The notes beneath the pieces are model-generated. The model ran no database searches and had not been told where the DNA came from. It saw nothing but the letters and a program-made list of their open reading frames with translations. Positions 35,701 to 46,997 of a stretch of DNA of 64,000 nt are shown here, in pieces (the first letter of the stretch is position 1; each line of letters starts with the position of its first letter). Source of the stretch: Macrostomum lignano (taxonomy: Eukaryota); assembly GCA_002269645.1 (NCBI GenBank), contig NIVC01002732.1, positions 81,522 through 145,521 on the forward strand. The letters run 5' to 3'. Position numbers and translations under genes: made by a program.

Positions 35701-38579
35701 AGTAAAATATCGTCATAACATTACTTTAAGTAGCAAGTATCAAAAAACACCGGACTAATTGTTTTGGTTTCCGAAGTACTCCCGGACGAAAAATGTTCTG
35801 CACACCGATGGAGCTAGGTGGATGCTGTTGCAGCTCAGCACACCGATGGAGGTGGATGCTGTTGCAGCTCAGCACACCGATGGAGGTGGATGCTGTTGCA
35901 GCTCAGCACACCAATGGAGGTGGATGCTGTTGCAACTCAACATACCAATGGAGGTGGATGCTGTTGCAACTCAACACACCAATGGAGGTGGATGCTGTTG
36001 CAACTCAACACACCAATGGAGGTGGATGCTGTTGCAACTCAACACACCAATGGAGGTGGATGCTGTTGCAACTCAACATACCAATGGAGGTGGATGCTGT
36101 TGCAACTCAACACACCAATGGAGGTGGATGCTGTTGCAAATCAACACACCAATGGAGGTGGATGCTGTTGCAACTCAACATACCAATGGAGGTGGATGCT
36201 GTTGCAACTCAACATACCAATGGAGGTGGATGCTGTTGCAACTCAACATACCAATGGAGGTGGATGCTGTTGCAACTCAACACACCAATGGAGGTGGATG
36301 CTGTTGCAACTCAACACACCAATGGAGGTGGATGCTGTTGCAACTCAACATACCAATGGAGGTGGATGCTGTTGCAACTCAACACAGCAATGAAGGTGGA
36401 TGATGTTGCAACTCAACACACCAATGGAGGTGGATGATGTCGCAACTTAACACACCGATAGAGGTGGTTGATGTTGCAACTGAAGACACCGATTCAGGCG
36501 GGTTTTCGCCCTTTAAGGACAACAATGGTTAGCTGAAAATGTAATGTTAATTTTCAAACTACAAAATTAGTTACAAACAATTACCCGCAGGTGTCTCTGG
36601 CACTCATAGCCAGCGGTCGCCTTGATCGGACTCTGAAGCAGCTTCAAGAAGCCGGCTATGACTATGACGGAATCTCTGGCGGTCTTGGCGGTGGCGGCGG
36701 TGGCAGCAACGGCCCCGGCGTCAGCGAAGACATTCGAGTTCGCGAGAGGCAGCAATTTCGATTAAGATTCCGCGGCAACATCATCTGCGAGGATGACGAC
36801 CCGGACAGGCCGTCAGAGTTTGTGCTGCACTTTAATTCTCAGATGAAGAATCGACTCGAGCTTTCGTGAGTGTCTGTGGACTCTGGTAGGGTATTTATAA
36901 ATACTTTAGATACTATATGGGATATTGGTAGATTCAGCCGTAGGGTATTGGAAGAGACTATGTTAGTATGTTGCAGACTAAATAGAAAAATCCAGTTTTA
37001 GGATACTTGTATTGGTACGCTCTAAGTTATTGGTAGCCTCTAGCTGTTGTAGTCTTTTAAGGGGACCACGAGAATTTCCCGTAGGAAGCTTTCCCGCGGC
37101 GAGGTTTTCCCGCAGGAGGTTTTCCTGCAAGAGTTTTCCCGCCGAGGTTTTCCGGCTGGGTTTTTACAGTCGGAATTTCTAGTCAAATCCAGTCTATGGT
37201 CCCCAGTCTAGTCCAGAACTAGCTCGACTAGATTAGAACTAGCCTAGAATATACTAGACTAGACTAGACTAGGCTATATTAAACTAGACTATATTAAAAA
37301 CTAGACTAGATTAAAGGCTAGACTAGATTAGAACTAGACTAGATTAGATTTCAAATCCAATTCCGACTGTAAAAACCCTGCGGGAAAACCTCGCCGCAGG
37401 AAAATCTCGCGGGAAAATCTCGCTGTGAAAACATCCTGCGGGAAAACCTTACTGCGGGAGAACTTCATAGACCTGTTTTAAGGATTCGAACGTGGAAGAA
37501 GCTATAGCTCAACCTTTCAATCACTATAGATGGTTTTATACATTTTCTTCGGAACTTATTGGTTACTGTTAGTAGTAAGCTTTGCCTTTCAAAACTATGC
37601 AGCGTTACGGAACGAGATCGCTTTGCCCAGCGAGCTCTTGACCAGTTCCGCGGCTATATCGAGGTCACTACGGACATGGCGGTGCAGAAGCCAGTAAAGG
37701 ACGCAAAGAAGGGAAACCCTCATCAGACAGTGACTGTGATGGAGGAGGCTGTGGTTGCTAAGATGCTCATCTGCGTGCCCAAATCTGAGGAGGAGTTGCG
37801 AGTCAAGTCGCCTAGGGCAACGCCTTTTGTCTTCAAATCGAAAGGTAAGACCTTCTGATAGCTAAGTAAGCTAGGAATGTTTATCAAGAGTACAAACTGA
37901 TCGATTTTTATTTATAGACTCGGTGACAATGGAATATCTTCGCGATCTTGCTGAACTTGTCTGCGACAATTGGGAATTGCTGGCCGATAAGTTGGAGGTT
38001 TCTAAGAAACGATGCTCAGTTATTAAGAAGACGAGCGAGTCACAGGAGACCCAAGCCTATGATATGTTAATTACCTGGGTTAAGAAGCTGCCCGTGTTGA
38101 AAAATAAGGTGAGAAATCATTTTCTTTGATTGCAAGTAAACTTGCTTGCATTTGTACTTTGAGAAGTACCCTCGTGTAATCATAACTGCATTTTCTTAAC
38201 CAGTTAGTCGCTGGCGACAATATAATGGCTCATATACTGCAGTAGCCCAAGTATAGGCTCGCCAAGCTGTCTTCCATAAAGCCCCCGCCCAATGGGGGCA
38301 GTACACTAGTCCACAAAACTAATTGGCGTTGAAATTGTATTTGTCTGACTATTATTTAAAGTATATTATTATTATTCTGCAGCATCAATTCGATGGCGAC
38401 AAGTCCTTGCTGACATGCTGATATAATGCTCACTAATCATAAATTTCATTGGCTCGCGCCAGGTTCTGATCCTCTGCAGGGCGCTGAATGCATCGGGTTA
38501 TCCCCATCTGGCGGCCAGCTTGAGGGACGCCGAACGAGAGCGCAGACTGCGAGTCGAGAACGGCGATGACTACGATTGA
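23759..38579 (+). CDS. DTHD1: DTHD1-like protein: N-terminal coiled coil and ER/K helix, ZU5-ZU5, UPA, death domain; exons 23759-24059, 26232-26482, 27090-27740, 31089-31437, 32163-32508, 33542-33674, 36591-36865, 37603-37844, 37918-38108, 38463-38579(stop)
   Basis: All 10 exons have AG/GT ends and chain in phase (1,0,0,1,2,0,2,1,0). ZU5-like segments (CAIRAPDGAV...ELVSGVVRLEP...FMLPHCA; FSVGKPGIRYSSSVDNRICLTVPEDA...VQPVD), a UPA-like segment (IRVRERQQFRLRFRGNI...LHFNSQMKNRLEL) and a death domain (LRDLAELVCDNWELLADKL...QAYDMLITW...LCRALNASGYPHLAASL) follow the DTHD1 layout as I recall it. Orthology is not tested. Confidence 0.75.
24060..24880. repeat. 24-bp minisatellite (GAGTGAATAATGAGAGTGACAAAT)n beginning at the splice donor of exon 1
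   Basis: Direct periodicity. Confidence 0.95.
25540..26110. repeat. Purine-rich (GA/GGA) low-complexity tract
   Basis: Direct. Confidence 0.85.
26558..27013. repeat. 11-bp minisatellite (AAGTGYTACTR)n
   Basis: Direct periodicity. Confidence 0.95.
27090..27740 (+). CDS. Exon 3 of the DTHD1-like gene: E/R-rich helix plus first ZU5 domain
   Basis: Frame LEEAKRREEERQRQEAEEAERRRQEE...RETVVY; only its 3' part appears in the ORF track (27426-27764). Confidence 0.8.
28400..31035. repeat. 82-bp satellite, about 32 highly similar copies, intronic
   Basis: Unit GATTCCCAAGAATGGGATGGCATTCTATAAGAAACATATTCGTATTCTAAGAATACGTTTCCATTTCTAGGAAACTTATTTT (starts at 28412, 28494, ...). Confidence 0.95.
31490..32097. 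repeat. 32-bp minisatellite (TACTCAGAATCTACCTCGGGCTCTACTTTATC)n
   Basis: Direct periodicity. Confidence 0.95.
32540..33270. repeat. 15-bp minisatellite (AATCCCAAATCCCCT)n
   Basis: Direct periodicity; source of the IPNPL/GFGIR ORFs. Confidence 0.95.
33681..33968 (-). mobile_element. tRNA-derived SINE, family 2, diverged and internally deleted copy
   Basis: About 200 bp of strong similarity to 59565-59780; lies a few bp downstream of the donor site at 33675. Confidence 0.75.
34100..34545. repeat. Purine-rich (GA) low-complexity tract
   Basis: Direct. Confidence 0.85.
35800..36495. repeat. 34-bp minisatellite (CACCAATGGAGGTGGATGCTGTTGCAACTCAACA)n, about 20 copies
   Basis: Direct periodicity; open in all three + frames. 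Confidence 0.95.
37062..37471. mobile_element. Foldback-like MITE with TIRs built of short subrepeats
   Basis: Left arm (TTTTCCCGC)n-like, right arm (GCGGGAAAA)n-like, perfect inner inverted 20-mer GGGTTTTTACAGTCGGAATT / AATTCCGACTGTAAAAACCC, and a CTAGA-rich centre. Ends are approximate. Confidence 0.7.
37918..38579 (+). CDS. Death-domain exons (37918-38108 and 38463-38579) of the DTHD1-like gene
   Basis: W..LA..L and MLxxW death-domain pattern, followed by the stop codon. Confidence 0.8.
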
Positions 38580-38970
38580 AATTCAGCCTCAAATACGGAA
38601 GCTTAAAACTGTCTAGATTTATATATTGTTATTATTATATAAATAATATATATTGTTTTTAATCTACTACACATATATCTGTAATCATAGAGAGATTATC
38701 AAACTTGACAAATTATCAGTTGAGCTGCGATACAAGCGAACAATTTATTTTTTGTTTTTCTTCTATTGTCGTCCTTATTTTTTGCTGTGTATTACCGTCG
38801 ACTATCATTTTCCGATGCAACGATTTGATTGCTTATTGAACTTTGTACTTAAATATTTTCAATTTCCTAGATTGTCTCAGGCAATGATATCAAATAATTA
38901 CTCGATCAGATTTCCTGATAATAACATATTAAATGGTTTTGATCCTATTAACGTATTTTGCTTTTCTTCT

Positions 38971-39369
38971 ACGTATTAAACATTCGCCGACACTTGTTCG
39001 GACGCTTCTACAGACACTTTGGTTTCTGTCGAACGAATCGTAGGAACAAGCATTAAATTTGTTTATTCCTCACAAACTACCAGTAAATTGCTTTATTTTA
39101 AGCTTTTTTGCTTTATTTTATTAAATATGAATTAGGAAGTGTCCTGGACAAATTTAACATTCTTCTTCACGTGAAGAGAACCTATGCAGAATAACAAATT
39201 TCATGATTCATATTTAATAAAATAAAGCAAAAAAAAGCTTGAAATAAAGCAGTTTACTAGTAGTTTGTGAGGAATAAACAAATTTAATGCTTGTTCCTAC
39301 GATTCGTTCGACAGAAACTGGAGTGTCTGTAGAAGTGTCTGAGTGGGTGTCGGCGAATGTTTCATACGT
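38971..39369. mobile_element. MITE with ~140-bp TIRs and an 8(-9)-bp TSD
   Basis: ACGTATTAAACATTCGCCGACAC... and ...GTGTCGGCGAATGTTTCATACGT; TSD TTTCTTCT at 38963-38970 and 39370-39377. Confidence 0.9.
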
Positions 39370-39864
39370 TTTCTTCTCAACCTTTATGCAAATTTGACCT
39401 TCAAAAATGACACTTGCAATGAAAAAATATAATATTTAACCTACTGAAACAAACTGTCTAATTCGACGATTGGTTTCCATGAAATGAAAATTATTTTTCA
39501 AGACAGAAAGTAGTTCTGAACGGAAACCATGCAGAATTGAATGCACGTTGTTTGTAATAATTTACATTTTTTTAATCGTTTGGAATCATTTACAAGTATG
39601 AGATTAATGTCACTCGCGATGTTATAATGACGAAACAAAAACCAATGCGAATCACTTAGAGATGTATCTAGAATTCATGGAGTCCTGGAATCCTGGTGAC
39701 TCCCAACTGAGGTGGTATTCTTTACCGGCTCCTTTTTCAAACCGATCGGTCGACTATCAAAGTTATAGCACTGACTATGGTTAACAAAGTATTCTTAAGG
39801 CTCTGTCATTCATATGCACTTGCGTTAGGAGAATTCACAGGTACCAATGACGATTAGCTTTCAC

Positions 39865-39985
39865 TGCTAATTTAGAAACATAATGAAGAAATTCGGTTGA
39901 GCCGTTTTTGCTGAAACCGATCACATACCGACAGACAAACATACGTAGATACCGACAAACCATTTTTAGTATGTTGGATTGAGTC
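39865..39985 (-). mobile_element. Possible non-autonomous Helitron 5' relic
   Basis: Minus strand reads ATACTAAAAATGGTTTGTCGGTAT...TGTGATCG...AAACGGCTCAACCGAATT, similar to 61299-61350 and to typical Helitron-N 5' ends. Confidence 0.3.
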
Positions 39986-42900
39986 TGCTGAAGTTTTATA
40001 AGGCATAAATATGGTTGAGTCTAGTATAGAAATTACGATTTTTACTATAAAAAGCTTCACTAGCTAACAGTCTATTTCAGAAAGCATCGAATGAAATTGA
40101 GCTGAATAACTAGGTAGGTCGTAAAATGATGTTTTCATATTATTAGTACAGGCGTACAAGGTTGTACCTTGGAAATTAAAGCTCTCAAAGAGACGCTTGT
40201 GTACCATTTAGACAAGCTGTCGTTTGTAGTATTTTGCTGGCATCTGCACTAACCTGTCCAGATGTTTCTCTGTGATTTCCATGTTACAGTGAAGTCTAAA
40301 AATTTCCCGTTAGGTAAACTCTAAAAAGACCTGAAATCTTTGCTTCGTTTGGCCACCTCTCTAGATGACAGAATGCACCAATCTAAACTCACTCCGAGGA
40401 ATTTCCATGCAAACCGTAATGTCAGGACCCCATGGGTTGTCACCGTGCGCTTTAGTGAGTGTCCACGAGCCGCGAGTCCTAACAACAATGACATCTTTCA
40501 TCGACAGTCCACGGTGCAAAACAGCGACGATACGCGGTCAATCGCGTACCGAAAATTGCGGCGCCATTCTAGCTGAACTCCAGCAACCGAAATGTAATGA
40601 AATCGTCTTGTTGTCGTCTTTGTGGAAAACTCAAATCATTCCAAATAGCATGACAAATAGACTTTTCTATGGCTTACTTTCTTGAGGTGATTCAACGTTC
40701 CGGTTTGCGTGCCCTCTGTTCCACAAGGCACGACAGAAGCTATACTAAATCAATACACTAATTAACGAGCTTGCGCAAGCCACGTAGCTACGGTAAACTT
40801 CACCAAAAACTAAGCCAGAAAGCTTGTTTACCGTACGACATACACCTTGACGGTATTTGGTTCTCTGATTTTTAGGGTCGATGGATCTCTGTTCTCTGAA
40901 TCATTAGGGAGTATATAAGTGGACTATTGTGCAGTTGTTTTATTGAAAAGAATTTAAAAATGCATTTTGACATGAAGGCAACAAACTAAATGTCATTTTT
41001 TGTTATATTTTTGTCAATTCTCACAAAATAGCGCGATCTAAAAGATTTATTCAGTAATTATTTACAATAGATAGTTATGTGATGATAGGAGGACGCTTAG
41101 AAAACTTTTGCTTTCTCATTACTCGAAAATTTTTCATTTTTTGAAAAGACTTCGCGTCTAAATACCGGTACAAAAGCAGGAGTTCATTGAGCTATTCAAC
41201 GCAATTAAATACTTGTTTAACATTTGAATGCTTTCTTGATTTGCCAAAAAGTAAAAGTGGTGAAAAAGAAGATTTACTCGTAGTATACACATTAGTAAGG
41301 TACACACAAAAAGTCAAAGGTGGTTCATAAGGTCAATTGTTACCCATTGTTACGTATTTAGTAGAATGTAGATCCGATTGAAAATATTCTGAGTAATCGT
41401 CATTTGGCACAGTCTGGATTCGTAGCAAAGCAAAATTGAAGTATGCAAGCGTTTACTCGATATGCATGTTGCAGCTGTAAAAACGGATGGTTGAGATAAT
41501 CTGGTATAAATTCTATTCAGATGGGGGATTATCCACTCAAATACCTGCTACTACAATCACCAATATCGACTTGTTTGTTGGCTACTCACTTTACCGGATT
41601 ACAATCGTCCAGATGATCCCAATGTTGCCTTGATCACCATCGCCCGGTCCAGTGTTTTTTGGTGGATCCATTTTCAATGAAAAAAGTACGCGCACTAATA
41701 CGAGTAAGTGCCTTGACTATGGCCTGCTAGTATACTTGTGCCCCTACCGTTATACTAGTATATATACAGTTCTGTTGGGTCTCTACATAGGTACTAATGA
41801 CGCCTGCTAGATTAAATTAGCCATTAGGGACGAGCTACGTATGACTAATTTAGTGTTAGATAATCGTAAATGTAGGAATTAAGTATCCATATTTATAAAT
41901 TACAAACGTGTTACCTTTGAAATAGTCAAAATATTTGAGAACGGGTTGACTGAGACGGCACAAAAGGATGATTATCTATTATCAGTACAAGGTTGTGCCA
42001 ACTGCATTTTTTTAACTGAGATTTTTGGCTCGTATATGTGCTATTGTCTGGTCTCTACATACTTTTAATAATTACTCTAGACGTATTCTGTCTCAGTAGT
42101 ACCGCTTTTAACAAAAAAATCATTTAATATCTGCTACAGACCTACTGTCAGTAGTTTGCACAGCATTGCTTTTTCGCTATCACGCTACCAATGTATATCC
42201 GAAGCATACCAATATGGATAGACTGCAGAGGACTAAACTGTTGAGGTGTTATGCTCGATTCTGATAATGTCTACGGTAAAGCAGCTTAGCAGCGGGGTCA
42301 AGGGGCGCTAGTGGCCTAACATCGATTCATGCGAGAATTCAGGATTTTATTAATTTAGACTAGCGAGAATAAATGTTTCTAACATATCATTGATTTGCAT
42401 CTTACACACGAGTATAATTGGAGCTTGTTTACGAAACTTGCGTGCTTCCGTGCGCCAGGGTATCAAGAACCCTCCTGCAGATATTTTATTATTCATATTT
42501 TGAGTTTTCTTTGCATAGTGTCCTAGTTAGATATTTAATTCTTCACACCATTGGCAAATCTATATTTAATAATATTGTAGTAGGGCATAATTTAGTAACG
42601 GGATAATATTTGCTTTTACACTACTGACAGTAGTTTTCAGGTGCAGAAGCATTATTAATTAGGGTAGTTGGGGTTTTACGGGATTCTTTATTAATAAAAA
42701 GCAGTTGGGCTCTCGAAACTAAGTTTGCGGTCCTCCTCTCTTAGGAAAATTTAACCAAAAAGCATCGTTGGGGCCTCTGCCTCTGCCTCTGCCGCTGGAT
42801 ATAGTAGGGGCCATACTACCAGAGGCATAAAGCCCGAGAGGCCCAGATTGGGACCAGGACTCGGGGCCTAGTTAAATAGCCTTATTGGTGCTACTAGCCC

Positions 42901-43134
42901 AAGCCTATGGGGACACCGCCAACCCAACGGTGGAATCAGAGGACGGGTCCCTAACCCGAGTGTGCGGATTTCTGGAAAGCGGTCCGAGAGCGGGAAACCC
43001 GTGTCTACGGAAATGGTTTTAAGATTGGAGCGAGTCCATGCAGCTTATTTACCAAGGGCGCGTTTAGTTTAACAGTTTAACAGTTTAACGTCATCAAAAT
43101 CTGACCCTAGATCCTAAACCCTAGACAATTTTTT

Positions 43135-43334
43135 AAAATCTGTGTAACTCTATCGTCATGCACATTGTTTGAAATCAGTTGCTGCTTGTTTAAAACTTGA
43201 TGTTATAATATTTTTTTCGACAATAAATCAGAGCTAATAGTTTAGTTGCCAAGTTACGAAAATCGCAATGAAATCAGAGCAGCATTGCAAGAGCTATGTT
43301 CAAAAGGGAAAGGACTTTTGGAACACCCCTCGTA
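43135..43334. mobile_element. Possible mariner-type terminal fragment
   Basis: Ends in ACTTTTGGAACACCCCTCGTA, like a mariner right TIR followed by TA. No partner TIR seen; left boundary is a guess. Confidence 0.25.
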
Positions 43335-44069
43335 CTAGGATTAGGGAGTAGTATCACGAAACCTGGTGGCAGCAACCTACCAAAATCAAACTAGTTAAAA
43401 TTCTAAAGAATAATTATAATGAACCAGTAGCCTAAACCGCAGGATCCACGAGACCAATATTAACTTCGTAATCAGAAGCTAAGCTTAAAATTTGTGCTTA
43501 ATCTGAAAACTCATCTTCACCTCTCTCCATCTTCTTACTTTTTCTTTCCAGAACAAGCTTCCGTTGAAATTGTTTGCCTTAAATATTTACAGATGTCAAA
43601 TTATAATCTGATAAAAGTAGTGGAGCTCTGCCAATCGGATGCTATTTTGTTTACTTGATCGCAATTTCAAATGCTCCCTTTGATGGTAGACAAGGGCCGT
43701 GTTTCCGGTTGACAAATATTTAACAAGTTTCGGCACTCCAAAAGGTTAAAAAATCGCAAACCTCACCAGAAAGACAGATGGGTACTCTAGATTAGGGCTC
43801 GGGCGCTGGCCTGCTTAAACTGATAAATCACTGGCCACTCTAATGTAATTAGTTAGGGTTAATAATTAGTTAACCCTTTCGAACTTGGATTTAATCAGGC
43901 CATCAGCGTTGTTCATTCATGGAGGTCTATACATAGCTACCTGGAATGGTTTTACTTTTTCTCAGACCTGTTTTACATATAAGTACAGATTTTGGAATTC
44001 GTCTTATCCTTTCTATTAGAGAACGAAACTATTGCCCACAACGGCAAGAACAACAACGACAACAACAAT

Positions 44070-44325
44070 AACAGTCTGGCTGTACTCCACATCCACTCCG
44101 CACGATGGAAAAGATGATGTTCGGGTTTCTCACCAGAGCTCGGACTCACTGGAAGGAAAGACTACGGAAGGGAAATGATGATGTTTGAGTTCCTGAGGAA
44201 GGCCCACCCGGAATGGCTGGTCTGATCTCGGAGACTCGTTCCGATGACACACACACACACACAATAACAAAAACAACAACAACAACAACAAAAACAAAAA
44301 TAACAACAACAACAACAACAACAAA
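44070..44325 (+). mobile_element. Probable 3' remnant of a non-LTR retrotransposon with (CA)n/(CAA)n tail
   Basis: Degenerate frame ending MMFEFLRKAHPEWLV* followed by a simple-repeat tail; flanked by (CAA)n on both sides. Confidence 0.35.
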
Positions 44326-44327
44326 AA

Positions 44328-44440
44328 TACGTTTTCAGCCAGTCAGGCGTAAGACTACGTCACAGGGCTTGGGCGCAAACGTAGGACGCACCGCCGGTAG
44401 TGTCGAGCAGGCAGTCGACGAAACACCGAGCGGTCCTTCG
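44328..44440 (-). mobile_element. Short 3' end of an RTE-like element
   Basis: Shares CGTCACAGGGC...GCAGGCAGTCGACGAAAC with 63125-63225; (TTG)n tail on the minus strand. Confidence 0.55.
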
Positions 44441-45122
44441 GATCTACTCTAATCACATGCCCGACCGCATCAGGTGTCTCACCGACTCCCAGGCGCTTCT
44501 CCGCTCCCTCCAGCGAGGCCCTGCAAAAGCGCGCTCTCCGGGCTGCTGTACGATCTGGGAACTCCTCGTCTCCATCTCGGCCTCCACGCACGTAGATCTT
44601 CAATGGGTGCCAGGACACGCTGGACTCCGCCTCAACGACCTGGCGGACGCCACCGCCAAAGCTGGATCGGCTCTTGACCAGACTCACGCAAAAATCAGCC
44701 TGGCCGCTGCTAAAGCGGCGATCGACCGATCAGCCAAGTCTACCGAGCGGACCCGCACTGCATCACTCACCGCCTAACCACCGGGGACGGCGCCAAAATC
44801 AAGAGATATCTCCCCAGACATGACGAGATCTCCCTCGCCCAACTCCGGACTGGTCACTCCCCCTTGCTCCAGCAGTACCGTCACCGCATTGGCCAAGCCG
44901 ACAGCCCCTACGTGCCCGCACTGCGGCGAAGCCGATGAGGACCTGGAGCACCTGATCAAGGTTTGCCGCTCTCACCAACAGGCCAGAGACCGGCACCTCG
45001 GCGAAAACCCGAGCCTCCAGACGCTCAGCAACATCAGCAGGCAGGTGATAGACTTCTTAAAGGAGGTCGGGGCTCAGACCCGCCCCCGGACTGACCGGTC
45101 GGAAATAACAACAACAACAACG
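44441..45122 (+). mobile_element. 3' fragment of an RNase H-containing non-LTR retrotransposon (degenerate, in-frame stop at 44775-44777)
   Basis: RNase H motifs CLTDSQALL and LQWVPGHAGLRLNDLADATAK, a CCHC knuckle CPHCGEADEDLEHLIKVC, and an (ACA)n tail. Confidence 0.85.
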
Positions 45123-45535
45123 AAACACCGAGTGCGCACCTGCTCCTCCTGCACCAATTGCGGGCAGCACGGCTCGGATGATATGGCCTGCCAAGTCGCC
45201 GACGGCGCAACAGTTCGCTGGGACGGGGCAGGGATAGAGTGCCGCATTGGTGACTCGCTCGTAGCCGATCTTAAAGGCGGCGCGCAGCAGGCCAGCGTGC
45301 GCCGCATCGACCAGCCGTTCGAGCGAATCCGTCAGCGACCAGGTCTCGGCGTTGAAGAACAGGACGGTCTCGATCACCGACAAGAACAACGCCGCCCTCG
45401 GGCGGTCAGGTAGGGCCTCGGACTGCTGGACAGCCCTCACAGAACGGAAGACAGCCCAGGCAAGTTTACGACGACGTCGTAAATCCTCGCGAACGTCAGG
45501 CACCAGACTGCCGAAGTAGACGAACTGCTGTCCAC
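45105..45535 (-). mobile_element. 5'-truncated RTE-clade non-LTR retrotransposon fragment
   Basis: QQFVYFGS...REDLRRRRKLAWAVF...IETVLFFNAETWSLT...GHIIRA, typical of the RTE post-RT region; (TTG)n tail; paralogous to 63090-63795. Confidence 0.8.
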
Positions 45536-45989
45536 ATCACTATCTTACGGTTCAGAAAGTATCTACTCTAGTTTTAATGCGTATTAAACTGTTACTTTTC
45601 GATAATTTACACTCCGATATAAGGTTCATCTCAGTATAGGTGCAGTTGGCATCATCAAATATTTAGGATATCAAAGATGAATAGAAATTAGGATAGTAGT
45701 GATATAAAGGTAGCAGCTTGGGTGAAAGTAGGGGTTTTGGGGTTCTTGGTGTGGTAGGGATTTAAGTTCGCGGGATCAGGGTCCCGAGAAATGTTCAGGA
45801 TAGGGTTCGGGGTGGAATTCTAGAACGTGATTTTCGGGAATTCACAAATTTTCTGAATTCCCCTGGAATTTTGTCCGTCAAACAAACAACTTGTAGTGAC
45901 TGGCTGCTAAATGGCTATTCAGCAGCACTCACTAGCTTTTCCTAAGAGCGCTGTGACTGTGCACGCTAGTTTTGCGTGGCAGCTGACCT

Positions 45990-46145
45990 TGAGTCACACC
46001 ACAGCAGCGTGAAAGGGTTACCTTATTTGGGAGTTGGCCTTGGATCACGCATCTCTCGCATGATTCCGAAGTCCAAATAAGGAAGTTTCACGCGCTCACC
46101 GCATGAAACTCACGTGACTTTTGGGGGTCTGCTCGGCTATAAATA
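45990..46145 (+). promoter_or_regulatory. Promoter-like cluster: AP-1 site, two inverted CArG boxes, TATA box
   Basis: TGAGTCA 45990-45996; CCTTATTTGG 46021-46030 and CCAAATAAGG 46073-46082; TATAAATA 46138-46145, about 850 bp upstream of the signal-peptide ATG. Could be a host promoter or an LTR U3. Confidence 0.45.
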
Positions 46146-46997
46146 AAGAGCATCTGGGAGCCGTTTTTCCCCAGACCTGCGTTCGGGAGCTTCCTCGACC
46201 GGAGCCGCCTCTCTGCCTCCGAGCTCTCCTCTCTCATTTCAGGATTTTCAGGTTTTCAGGTTCGAGCAACATCTACTAGAACGATCAACTGTCGAGACAT
46301 TTTCAGATTTGCCTTTGCTCCGAGCGACTTCGTTATTTTATTTCAGGTGACGGATAGACAACTCTGCCGACGCGTCGAGTCCGCACACCAAGGTGGAAGC
46401 AACCCTACCAAGTCTATGGCTAACGTTTTAGGTTCCTTTTTCGGCAAATCGATAGGTAGTACAACGGTACTATCTAGCTACTTCCGGAGCAGCGAGTTCA
46501 ATTTTAGGAACATCTTCAAGAACTCGGGAAGAAGCAAAACAAACTCATAATGCTAGTCAGTCCATCGGTATTTTTCAACCTGGCACTAGAGGCCTTTAGA
46601 GGCTCCGTTAAACTCATTATCGATGCTTGTTCATTTATATGGTGGTCAAACCCTGGCTCTACAGTCGAAGGGTCACCGAGTGCAATGCACAGTTTACTTC
46701 GCTAACACAAGAGTCGCGATGCAGTCTAATCGCCAATTTCCATCGCGGCGGCTAAGAGAATTCGCTTTCAACACGCGTGATTTCGGCATAGTTATCATTG
46801 CAGATCGCACCGAGATGCCCTATCCCTAAGAGTACTACGTGTATCCAGGGCTCACAAAAAGCTGAAAACTCGCGTAAAAATTGTTATGGAAATTTCCGGA
46901 GCTTCACGTGGGCCCTGGGCTTTAAATGTTTATAAATATTATGCGGGTCAACCTGCAGCACCAGAGCCCTAAGAAACTCTTGTGCAGCAACCAGCAA

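Noticed and set aside
42289-42800. hAT-like element with CAGCGG/CCGCTG ends
   Set aside because: Only a 6-bp inverted match and no TSD.
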